A stretch of 64,000 bases of DNA, taken from assembly GCA_964350165.1 (NCBI GenBank), contig CAYGJA010000001.1, forward strand, positions 248,377-312,376, read 5' to 3'. A program made the position numbers and the translations under genes. Position 1 is the first letter of the stretch; every line of letters starts with the position of its first letter. A model generated the notes under the pieces. It was given only the letters and a program-made list of their open reading frames with translations, ran no database searches and was not told the origin of the DNA. This stretch comes from an uncultured Candidatus Saccharibacteria bacterium. Its GTDB lineage: Bacteria > Patescibacteriota > Minisyncoccia > Phycocordibacterales > UBA1006. Shown piece by piece: positions 1 through 8,993 of this stretch.

Positions 1-204
1 CAGATTGCTGACATCCTGCGTACACACTCGCTGACAATTGCCACCACAGTCTATTCCCCGCTCCAAGCCGTTCTGTTTGCCGTCAAAACACGTCGCCGGC
101 CGGGTAAAGTACCGATACGCTGTAATACCAATCAGTATCGTCGGCAGAATAGACAGGATACCGATATAGGTGAGTTTTCGCCGTTGTGACCAGGATAATG
201 CCAT
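1..204 (-). CDS. Hypothetical membrane protein, N-terminal part (gene runs off left edge)
   Basis: ATG at 204-202 on minus strand. Open frame to position 1 translates MALSWSQRRKLTYIGILSILPTILIGITAYRYF with one hydrophobic helix. Below the 60-aa ORF-track cutoff, found by manual translation. Confidence 0.3.
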   Translation of the reverse strand, partial: MALSWSQRRKLTYIGILSILPTILIGITAYRYFTRPATCFDGKQNGLERGIDCGGNCQRVCTQDVSNL

Positions 205-236
205 GGGTATATCATACCAGGATTTGTGCAGTGGTT

Positions 237-773
237 TTAATCATCTTTTTCCAGACCATGTAACCAAGCCAATATTCTGGTTGCGGTATACATAACCAAT
301 CCAACAACCAACAGCATCGCTAGCATTAACCCCGTCGGCATACTCACCGCTGGCAACAATGCTGTCCCCAACAATGCACTCATCAAAAAAACTTGCACCA
401 AATAAGGCAATCGTTGCCACCACTGACCTCGCTCCTTTTTTCCCAAAAAAACAATTCCCTCAAAAACAATCCCCACCGCCAACAACCCACCCTGCAATAC
501 AGCCACTAATTGTGCCAGCGTATACGTTCCCTCCAAAACCAAAACCGGCCGCAACACTGCCAAAGGTCGCACAAATCCCAGTTCTTGCAAATTAATAATC
601 ACAAGAATTAACAGCACCAACGCAGCCCCCAATTGCAGTGAGCGTACCCACCCCAATAACGCTGACCACAGTATCCTCCCCAGCAACAGAACGATTTTGT
701 TCGGTTTTTCTTGAATAGGGCTGGTTTTCATAGGTATATGATACCAGGCTTCGCCCCCAAAAAATCGCAACAC
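237..773 (-). CDS. Hypothetical integral membrane protein (multi-TM)
   Basis: 178-aa ORF with 4-5 hydrophobic helices (LVLLILVIINL, LLAVGIVFEGIVFLG, LLGTALLPAV, LVVGLVMYTA). No recognisable family. Confidence 0.45.
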   Translation of the reverse strand: MLRFFGGEAWYHIPMKTSPIQEKPNKIVLLLGRILWSALLGWVRSLQLGAALVLLILVIINLQELGFVRPLAVLRPVLVLEGTYTLAQLVAVLQGGLLAVGIVFEGIVFLGKKERGQWWQRLPYLVQVFLMSALLGTALLPAVSMPTGLMLAMLLVVGLVMYTATRILAWLHGLEKDD

Positions 774-829
774 CTGTTCCCACTAGCGACTATCTCTAAT
801 ATTTACAAAAAGCTATACTATTCTTGTAA

Positions 830-1705
830 TTGTTAGCTTTAATATACATATCTATGGAAATAATCCCATTTAATAAACCAGAGGAATCACGGGACGAAGG
901 ATCATTACCCAGAAGATCATTTCTAAAAAAAGCAGGGGTGGGATTCGTCGGAATGCTTCTTGGAGGGAATGCACTAGCTGGAACAGAAGGAATAGAATCA
1001 GACTGGACCATGCAACTGTTGGAGGATGAGGCCTCCCGCATCGACGGGATAAACCTGTATGCCATAGCTCAAAGTCTAAACGGAGGAGGTGCACTAGCAA
1101 CCTTCCGAAAGGAGATTCTAGAACCACTCGTCGGATCGTCAAATATGGATACTTCAGAGATTCGAGCAGCCATAAAGCAACGAATACTTAAAACGACAGA
1201 CCCCGACCTACAAGAAATCAAAGAGGCCTTTAAAGCCAAACTCCAGGAAAAAGAAACCATAACAGCAGAACGAGCAACAGCAGCAGACAATAGAACGGAA
1301 GCAGAGAGAGAAAAAGAAGAGTTAAAAGAACAATTAGAAAACTCGACTTTGGATGAACTTCCAGACGCACAGTTCATAGAATTCATTCGTCAGAAATTAA
1401 TCGAGAAAAAGAAAATCAGCGATATCGATTTCGAAGCAGGGGATAAATTTGAGCGCACCTACACCCCCGATGAACAAAAAATTTTCAAAGGCGCTGTGCA
1501 CCAAAAAGCTAAATATATTTGGGGCATAGACGAAGCAAGAAGAATACTAGACAGCCTAGAAGGAAAAAGTAGCCCACGCACAAAGGGAGACAGAGAGCGT
1601 GATGGCGGCTGGACAGAGAACACACAAAAAAGAGGCGCTGGTTCTGCTTATGGAAGGACTTGCGGAGAAGCGCTTGGTAAACTATACGAACTACTGCAGT
1701 GGTAA
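830..1705 (+). CDS. Hypothetical exported protein with twin-arginine-like signal (SLPRRSFLKKAGVGFVGMLLG), highly charged coiled-coil region
   Basis: 291-aa ORF (likely start at M854). S-R-R-x-F-L-K motif followed by hydrophobic h-region and AxA-like site. E/K-rich central segment. Followed by a rho-independent terminator. Confidence 0.5.
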   Translation: MLALIYISMEIIPFNKPEESRDEGSLPRRSFLKKAGVGFVGMLLGGNALAGTEGIESDWTMQLLEDEASRIDGINLYAIAQSLNGGGALATFRKEILEPLVGSSNMDTSEIRAAIKQRILKTTDPDLQEIKEAFKAKLQEKETITAERATAADNRTEAEREKEELKEQLENSTLDELPDAQFIEFIRQKLIEKKKISDIDFEAGDKFERTYTPDEQKIFKGAVHQKAKYIWGIDEARRILDSLEGKSSPRTKGDRERDGGWTENTQKRGAGSAYGRTCGEALGKLYELLQW

Positions 1706-1725
1706 CCCCAGAAACAGTCTCAATA

Positions 1726-1760
1726 AACCCCAGCCTTCCAATGGCTGGGGTTTATTTTTG
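1726..1760 (+). terminator. Rho-independent terminator (AAACCCCAGCC..GGCTGGGGTTT + T-run)
   Basis: 10-bp GC-rich stem, 7-nt loop, followed by TTTATTTTTG. Located 21 nt after stop of 830..1705. Confidence 0.7.
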
Positions 1761-2006
1761 GGTGATTTTTGAAAATTGGGTAAAAAAAAGACGGTGTCAT
1801 ACAGAGTACAACAACCGCCCTGCTTTGAGGCCCCACCTCTCACCTTTTACCAAACCATCTATTGGTGAGGCCTCTCTTCACTACTTCAAAAATTGCCTGC
1901 GTATCTTTTTCAAATCTATCACACCAAATAGTAGTGTCAATGGCTTGACAAGTGCTATTAAATAATGGTATAATATAAAAAGAAAGTATCTGGTTCTTTG
2001 ACAAAT

Positions 2007-2083
2007 GGTTGGTGAAACGGTGAATCTAGAGCATTCCCAGGCGGCAAGCCTGATGAATTAGACTCACCGTTTTACCAACCAAA
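2007..2083 (+). promoter_or_regulatory. Long imperfect inverted repeat (18-bp arms, 41-nt loop with nested 5-bp hairpin) immediately upstream of GC-rich gene start
   Basis: TGGTTGGTGAAACGGTGA ... TCACCGTTTTACCAACCA, one G-U wobble. 3' arm ends 9 nt before ATG 2093. No T-run, so not a classic terminator. Confidence 0.4.
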
Positions 2084-2092
2084 TCATCAATT

Positions 2093-3097
2093 ATGAAAAA
2101 AAGTATTTTTATCATCGCCACCACCCTGCTCCTGACCTTTTCTGTCCAGGCTCAGGACACAACCTGGACCTCTGTTACAGAGGTCCAGGGGGTAACCCTG
2201 GCCTCCTGGGTCAACCCAGCGGGAGACTGGGTGACACAGGTCACCGCACCCCTCCCGACGGGAGCGGTCGCCCTCCGCTGGGCGCCCGCTGACTCCTCGG
2301 CTGGGCGAGCACTGGCGCCCACCCAACACTACGAAATCGTGTCCTTGGAGGCACACCTTCCCCTGCTGGGGTGGGTGATCCTCCAAACAACGGAGGACCT
2401 GGCGGACTCGACTGAGTCCGCTAGGTCGGAACAATATTTGACCCCCCTCCCCGAGGGGACGGACTTCGTCAGGTGGAGTCACGGATTCCCGGCGAACCCG
2501 GGGGCGGTGGAAGTGAACAGCCTCCACGTGGAGGCTAAATGGGGCCTGGACCCCACCGCCTTTCCGGTCGAGTGGCTCTATTTTGAGGCCAAGACGACCG
2601 CCGAAGGGGTTGCGCTCAACTGGGCCACGGCTCAGGAGCTGAACTCCGACCGGTTCGAGGTGGAGCGCAGCGCCGACGGTACGGAGTGGGCTAACATCGG
2701 CCAAGTGGCCGCAGCTGGCTGGGCTGACTCCAAATCGGAGTATCGGTTCACCGACACCACCGCCTCCGGCCGGATGTACTACCGCCTCCGTCAGGTAGAC
2801 TTTGACGGCGCCACCGACTACAGCAGTGTGGTCGAGGCGGTCGTCGAGGCCCCCACCTCAGCCGGGCCGACCCTTCGGGTCACGAGCTGCGCGGGCAACC
2901 CGCAGGTCCACGGACTCGAGGTGGGGGCCACTGGCATGCTTCAAGTCTATGACCTGAGAGGCCAGCTGGTCTACACCAGCCAGGTGTACGGCACTGGGCA
3001 GCCAGTTACGGTCGCCCTGCCAGACCTGCCCGCCGGCCTCTACACCGCCACCATCACTGACGGCCACGGCGGAATCGGCAAGGTGCTGATAAAGTAG
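2093..3097 (+). CDS. Secreted protein with Bacteroidota-type signal peptide and C-terminal T9SS sorting domain (Por_Secre_tail-like)
   Basis: N-term MKKSIFIIATTLLLTFSVQAQ. C-term ...LQVYDLRGQLVYTSQVYGTGQPVTVALPDLPAGLYTATITDGHGGIGKVLIK matches the T9SS CTD pattern. About 64% GC with GC3-rich codons, unlike flanking DNA. Confidence 0.7.
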   Translation: MKKSIFIIATTLLLTFSVQAQDTTWTSVTEVQGVTLASWVNPAGDWVTQVTAPLPTGAVALRWAPADSSAGRALAPTQHYEIVSLEAHLPLLGWVILQTTEDLADSTESARSEQYLTPLPEGTDFVRWSHGFPANPGAVEVNSLHVEAKWGLDPTAFPVEWLYFEAKTTAEGVALNWATAQELNSDRFEVERSADGTEWANIGQVAAAGWADSKSEYRFTDTTASGRMYYRLRQVDFDGATDYSSVVEAVVEAPTSAGPTLRVTSCAGNPQVHGLEVGATGMLQVYDLRGQLVYTSQVYGTGQPVTVALPDLPAGLYTATITDGHGGIGKVLIK

Positions 3098-3225
3098 GGG
3101 CAACCCCTCCCCGCGTCGCATGAAGCACGACGTGGGGATGAAACAAAATATTTGCTTCTTTGTATAAAAAGGTCCCGCTCTGGAATTTTCCAGGGTGGGC
3201 CTTCATTTTTGGGTAATTTTTATTT

Positions 3226-4353
3226 TTATAATTCTTCGGTAATCACCTCCGCCGCAGCGTTGGCCCAATCAATCCGCAGGAACGTCAGACCAATCACCCG
3301 CCCATCGTCCGTCACGGTACGGATGCGCCAAGCGTCGCCCGGCAAATTGCTTTTGTACGAATATCCGCGATACCCACGATCGGCACCGCCAACGATGGTC
3401 ATAGGAATGCGGTCGGTGGTCACCCACTTGCCTTCTTTTTTGTACTGCCATTCGTGATAGATCCGAGCGGTAAATTTGTCCGGGGCAAACACACTGGTAA
3501 AGACATACGCCCGATCACCCGGCACCAGGGTCAATGTGTTGCTACGCTTGTCCCAGAACCGCCAAGCAGGATTGGCCTCGTAGTCAGCCTGGTACCCATC
3601 CCCCGCCCGCACCACGCGGTGATACACGGCGTCTAATTTGATAGACAGCGGTACTGGCGGCAAGACCTTGGCAAAATATGATCCGGCGATTACCACCAAG
3701 ACAGCGCCAATAATCCAACCCTTGCCCATAATCAGGCGCCTTTTTTGAATCCGTCCCAATCTGGCCAGCAGTACCAAATATCCAAAAGCAAGCACTAGCC
3801 AAATCCCCGTTGCAAGCAGGAACAACCCAGTGCTCATATCATGGAAAATCAGCGGAATTAGGATGGCCAGATATAAATACAAAGCAGTAAACAAAGCCAC
3901 TAGCTGGATAGACAGGGCTTTGAAATATCGCTTGGCAAACTCGCTCCCGAACAGAAAGACCACCAGAATAAGCAGGAGCGGCCAACTGTTCAGCAGACTG
4001 CCACTGCGTCCATAGAAAATAACCAGCCCGCTATAGATGCCACCAATAGAAAAAGCCATGGCCGTATACAGCCAGTTGACCCAGCGATCAGGTATCCGCG
4101 AGCGCTCTCCCAGACGATACCAACGGAAAATAGCCGCCATGGATACCGACACAATCAGGAGATGCACCACCAGCAGAGCTTGATCAAAAATCTGATCAAT
4201 CCGATTGAGGGTCAGATTGTCCAACACAAATCCAATAATCAACGCCGCCGGAGCAATCAGCTGGTGGTGGCGGTTGGTAAAGTTGCGGAGGTTTTGCAAG
4301 CGTCGATGAAAGGCTTTCATGGCGTTAGTATAGCGCAAAGTAAAAGACCGCAC
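3226..4353 (-). CDS. DUF2914-family membrane protein (N-terminal multi-TM + C-terminal DUF2914 domain)
   Basis: 375 aa with about 8 TM helices. C-terminal YHEWQYKKEGKWVTTDRIPMTIVGGADRGYRGYSYKSNLPGDAWRIRTVTDDGRVIGLTFLRIDW is typical of DUF2914. Confidence 0.6.
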   Translation of the reverse strand: MRSFTLRYTNAMKAFHRRLQNLRNFTNRHHQLIAPAALIIGFVLDNLTLNRIDQIFDQALLVVHLLIVSVSMAAIFRWYRLGERSRIPDRWVNWLYTAMAFSIGGIYSGLVIFYGRSGSLLNSWPLLLILVVFLFGSEFAKRYFKALSIQLVALFTALYLYLAILIPLIFHDMSTGLFLLATGIWLVLAFGYLVLLARLGRIQKRRLIMGKGWIIGAVLVVIAGSYFAKVLPPVPLSIKLDAVYHRVVRAGDGYQADYEANPAWRFWDKRSNTLTLVPGDRAYVFTSVFAPDKFTARIYHEWQYKKEGKWVTTDRIPMTIVGGADRGYRGYSYKSNLPGDAWRIRTVTDDGRVIGLTFLRIDWANAAAEVITEEL

Positions 4354-4401
4354 CCGGGGAGGGTACGGTCTGCTTTGGCGGCTGTTAGACCGCCCCAGAA
4401 G

Positions 4402-4812
4402 CTAGGTTTTTCTTAGGAAGCCATTCACAATCGCCTGGCGAACCTGGTTGACATATGCAGCTTTGGCATAGTCGTCTAGGCCGTCATACCAGCAGGCGTC
4501 ACCCGGCCAATCGAGACCAACAACACCATAGGCGCTGGCCAACTGGGCGGCGGACCGCACCCGACCACGCTTGATAGGGTTCTCGGCAATCCAGATGGAC
4601 CGCGGATCGTCCCGCCCCCATTCATCACACAAGGCTTTCGCCCAGCGCCGTCGAGGGTCGTGGTGGGTAAAGGTGTCGAGCAAAATGGGCCCAGCAATGA
4701 AATGCCTTAGCACTTCTGGCACCCCAGGCGGTAACTCGGACCACTTGGATGGGATTACCTGAACAACACGATCAACAGCAGCTAGGGCACTGAGATCAAA
4801 AATGTTTTTCAT
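4402..4812 (-). CDS. Hypothetical protein (136 aa)
   Basis: Clean ORF, about 57% GC, no recognisable motif. Confidence 0.4.
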   Translation of the reverse strand: MKNIFDLSALAAVDRVVQVIPSKWSELPPGVPEVLRHFIAGPILLDTFTHHDPRRRWAKALCDEWGRDDPRSIWIAENPIKRGRVRSAAQLASAYGVVGLDWPGDACWYDGLDDYAKAAYVNQVRQAIVNGFLRKT

Positions 4813-4860
4813 AAGAAAACCTAATTTATTTAATTAGACCACACTTTCACTTTTTTGTAC

Positions 4861-4900
4861 ATAAAAACCCGGGTGCGCAAAGCGCACCCGGGTTTTTATT
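4861..4900. terminator. Bidirectional rho-independent terminator (AAAAACCCGGGTGCGC-AAA-GCGCACCCGGGTTTTT)
   Basis: Perfect 13-bp GC-rich stem flanked by A-run and T-run. On minus strand it follows the 5S rRNA, so it is the rRNA operon terminator. Confidence 0.8.
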
Positions 4901-4922
4901 ATTTTTTCTACAAAAAAAGCCC

Positions 4923-5030
<108 letters not shown>

Positions 5031-5096
5031 CAGATTACAAAGCTTTTTCGAGCTTGGAATATCAATATATTGTTTATGAGTTTCAAAAAACACCTA

Positions 5097-5111
5097 GTTT
5101 TCTCACAATGA
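5097..5111 (-). other. 3' half of 23S processing stem (TCATTGTGAGAAAAC), complementary to leader segment 8653-8667
   Basis: Leader (minus) GTTTTCTCACAATGA at 8653-8667 is an exact 15-nt complement of trailer TCATTGTGAGAAAAC at 5097-5111, bracketing the mature 23S like an RNase III processing stem. Confidence 0.6.
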
Positions 5112-5357
5112 GAAAGAAAATGCTTAATGGTGTATATGATGTCCAGAGTTCCTAACTGGACAATGGGCAATTAGTACTTCTCCGCTCAACACATTACTGT
5201 GCTTACACGTAAAGCCTATCAACCTGATCATCTCTCAGGGCCCTAGGATTACTAATCTTAAAGTTGGCTTCCCTCTTAGATGCCTTCAGAGGTTATCCAT
5301 TCCCGACATAGCTACCCGACGGTGCCGCTGGCGCGACAGCCGGTAGACCAGAGGTCA

Positions 5358-5390
<33 letters not shown>

Positions 5391-5440
5391 CTTTTCAATA
5401 ATCGACGCCTGCAGTAGATAGGAGACCAACCTGTCTTACG

Positions 5441-5756
5441 CATGTGTAGCAATTAGTTGTTTAAAACTAATCACACCGCCATTACTGGCGGGATCGGACT
5501 GTATCTTTATTCGCAAAATGCGAATAGTTAACGTGCAGTCTCTACGGGCTTATATTTCTATAATTCCCTCGGTATTGCCCGCACGAATGCTAGGGTTCTA
5601 CCGATATGAGTTAACTTTTTCTTTCTAGACGAATCTAGAAGACCGCCGTAATTGGTTGGTTCTATCATTTTTCATTTTTGTTAAGACGAAAAGACTATGT
5701 CGTTTTTTTAGGATTCAGATTGGTTCATACTCCAATTCGTAAAAATTAGAATATGA
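5441..5756 (-). other. 316-nt ORF-less insertion in 23S domain V with group-I-intron-like boundaries (U before 5' splice site, terminal G)
   Basis: Flanks GGGTTCAGACCGT | insertion | CGTAAGACAGGTTGG reconstitute the conserved GGGUUUAGAACGU-CGUGAGACAGUU block (E. coli about 2590s). No ORF of 60 aa or more inside. Confidence 0.6.
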
Positions 5757-6418
5757 ACGGTCTGAACCCAGCTCGCGTACCCTTTTAATTGGCGAACAGC
5801 CAAACCCTTGGGACCTTCTCCAGCCCCAGGATAGGATGAGCCGACATCGAGGTGCCGAACATCGCCGTCGCTGTGGACGCTCGGGCGATACTAGCCTGTT
5901 ATCCCCGGGGTAGCTTTTGTCCTATGATCTTCTGCCGCATCTAAAGCGGTCAGTCGGTTCACTATGCTCTGCTTTCGCACCTGTTCGTCATGTCCGACTC
6001 ACAGTCAAGCTGGTTTATGCCATTACACTATCGGCACGGTTTCCATTCGCGCCTAACCAACCTTAGTAGGATCCTCCGTTACTTTTTGGGAGGAGAGCGC
6101 CCCACTCAAACTACCCACCACACACTGTCCCTCCTGGTTTTTGCCCAAGGGGTTAGAACATACATAACATGAGGGTGGTATTTCACTGGCGACTCCAGTG
6201 CAGCCAAAACCGCACCTTCAAAGTCTCCCACCTATGCTGCGCACAGGTCACGTATGCTCAATGTGAAGCTATAGTAAAGCTCCCGGGGTCTTTTCGTCTA
6301 ACTGCAGGTAACCGGCATCTTTACCGGTATTGCATTTTCACCGAGCAGGTCCTCGAGACAGTTCCCCAGTCGTTACGCCATTCGTGCACGTCTGAACTTA
6401 CCAGACAAGGAATTTCGC

Positions 6419-6614
6419 TCATGTATTCCTTTTAAATGCTCGACATGGACTCTATCTTATCCCTCCTTTGCAGGTAGGGCCGTGACGTTGGTCTCTATAT
6501 CATCACGTTTGGACTATGCTTACATTACTGTAAGTAAGGTAACTTGCGTATTCTATTTATCTACTTCTATAACAGTCCCAGTCCTACTGATTTCTAGTTT
6601 GCACTAAAAATCAG
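6419..6614 (-). other. 196-nt ORF-less insertion in 23S domain IV between CCTAAGGT and AGCGAAATTCC (L1917-L1923 intron-site region)
   Basis: Conserved UAAGGUAGCGAAAUUCC block is interrupted. Insertion begins ACTGATTTTTAGTGCAAACTAGAAATCAG (hairpin) and ends ...AATACATG (G terminus). AT-rich, no ORF. Confidence 0.5.
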
Positions 6615-6650
<36 letters not shown>

Positions 6651-7462
6651 CAGGGCTTATACAGATCAGCAAAACAAATAAATTTATTTCACCCTCCAGT
6701 ATTTAACCTTCTGGCATTGGTCAGGCGTCACCCCCTATACATCCTCTTTCGAGTTCGCAGGGAGCTGTGTTTTTGATAAACAGTCGCCAGGGAATCTTTC
6801 GCTGCGGCCCACATTGCTGTGGGCAGGCCTTATCCCGAAGTTACGGCCGCTTTTTTGCCGAGTTCCTTGAGGACCTCTCACTCGTTCGCCTTGGTCTACT
6901 CGACCTGACTACCTGTGTCGGTTTACGGTACAGGTTCCATATGTTTAACCTTAGAAGTTTTTCTCGAAAGGCTCTTCACATACCTCTCCCGGTCCGAAGA
7001 CCGGAATTGCTTGTATCCTCTCTGTTTGCCCGAGGGCCACTACCCGGATTTACCTAAGTAGCACAGATCGAATCCACGACACCAATCCGATAAGATGCGT
7101 ATGCTTATTTCCTTTGTCACTCCATCGAAACATAGGGAAGTTACGGAATATTAACCGTATGTCCATCGCCTGCGGTTCTCACCATCGGCTTAGGCCCTGA
7201 CTAACCCACGGTCGATCAACGTTGCCGTGGAACCCTTAGTCTTTCGGCGGGAGGGGATCTCACCCTCCTTGCGGTTACTTGTGCCAACATTCTTACTTCT
7301 ACACGCTCCACTATGGCTCACGCCTTTAGCTTCATCGCAGAGTAGAATACTCTCCTACCACTCGTATACGAATATACGAATCCTCAACTTCGGTACAATA
7401 CTTAAGCCCCGATTATTTGCGGCGCAGAATCTCTAGACCAGTGAGCTGTTACGCTATCTTTA

Positions 7463-7493
<31 letters not shown>

Positions 7494-8062
7494 TTGTCGG
7501 AGAAATTCTACCTCCTTAAGTGCACTGAGTATTGTTTAGGGACCTTAGTTTGAGATCTGGGCTGTTTCCCTTTTGTCCACGTGACCTTCGCGCCCCGGGA
7601 CTGACTGCCACGCTATTAACCGACTGGTATTCGGAGTTTGGTAAGTTTGGCGAGCCGAAGCCCTACTCAAACTATCCAGTGCTCTACCCCCAGCGGGAAC
7701 ACGTGACGCTATACCTAAATATATTTCGGAGAGAACCAGCTATTACCAAGTTCGATTGGCTTTTCACCCCTTACCACAAGTCATCCCCGCGTTTTGCACG
7801 GCGCGTGGGTTCGGGCCTCCATCTGTGTTTCCACAAACTTCACCCTGCTCATGGCAAGCTCACTTGGTTTCGGGTCGTATGCATGCTACATATTCGCGCT
7901 ATTCACACTCGGTTTCCCTGGGGCTCCGTCCGAAAAGGACTTAGCCAAGCAACATACATACACTCGTTGGCTCATTCTTCAATAGGCACGCCGTAGAGGA
8001 TGCAAGCACCCTCATCGACTCCTTGTAGACACACGGTTTCAGTTCTATTTCACTCCCCTTCC

Positions 8063-8108
<46 letters not shown>

Positions 8109-8863
8109 TGATGAAATATTTAGCCTTACCAGTTAGTACTGGCAGATTCCTCCAAGCTATTCATGTCTCGGAGTACTCAGGAACAGTAGTCAAGAAGGCG
8201 TGAGATTTTCGATTACGGGACTTTCACCCCCTTTGGTTAGGCTTTCCAGCCGTATTCATCTAACCTCACACTTTGTAACTTCTCGGGTAAACCCTACTAC
8301 TGCCCTACAACCCCACATCTCTTTACCGAAGTAAACAGACATGGTTTGGGCTTCTTCCGTTTCGCTCGCCGCTACTCAGGAAATAACATTTGTTTTCTTT
8401 TCCTCTAGGTACTGAGATGTTTCACTTCCCTAGGTAAACTCTTTTGGTCTCTTATGTACCAAAAGTGACTGTGGTTTACACAGCCGGGTTGCCCCATTCG
8501 GAAATTTCCGGATCAAAGCTCGATTATCAGCTCCCCGAAACTTATCGCAGATAGTCCACGTCCTTCATCGCTTTCATCAGCCAAGGCATCCACCGTGCGC
8601 CCTTGGACTCCAATTAGGAGATCCAAACATCAAGTAACACCGCATTTTGTTTTCATTGTGAGAAAACTCGATGTTCTTTGAAAAGACTCACACTTGGCAC
8701 ATACATATATATGTATGTGCCAAATATATTGATATTCAGCTATCAAAGGTCTCGACCTGTTTGCATTAAAAAATCGCCACTTGAGGCGATGCGGAGAACA
8801 ACCAAGGTTGGTCACTGCATCACGTAAGTCTCAAAGTCGAATTGATACGCATAAGGTGGTTGG

Positions 8864-8892
8864 AGTATAGGCGAAAAGGTTGGAAGCGTCAA
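8864..8892 (-). promoter_or_regulatory. Sigma70-type promoter for the 23S-5S operon (-35 TTGACG, 17-nt spacer, -10 TATACT)
   Basis: Minus strand reads TTGACGcttccaaccttttcgccTATACT, about 240 nt upstream of the mature 23S 5' end. No other gene between it and the rRNA. Confidence 0.55.
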
Positions 8893-8939
8893 GCAAACTT
8901 TTCAACAAAGAATACTGGTCAACAGAGTGCTCCAAAAAA

Positions 8940-8978
8940 CAAACAACCCCGCCGGCTTGACGAGGTTGTTTTCTGAAA
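8940..8978 (-). terminator. Rho-independent terminator after 8994..9689 gene
   Basis: Minus strand AAACAACCTCGTCAAGCCGGCGGGGTTGTTT followed by GTTTTTTGG. Confidence 0.6.
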
Positions 8979-8993
8979 AAAGAAGGGTGTTTT

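Noticed and set aside
359-783. ORFs 359..595(+) and 592..783(-) overlapping the 237..773 membrane-protein gene
   Set aside because: Alternative frames and strand of the same locus. Pro-rich low-complexity translations without start context.
2087-2704. 205-aa minus-strand ORF overlapping the T9SS-CTD gene
   Set aside because: A typical spurious long ORF on the antisense strand of a high-GC gene. It has no motifs and R/G/P-rich composition.
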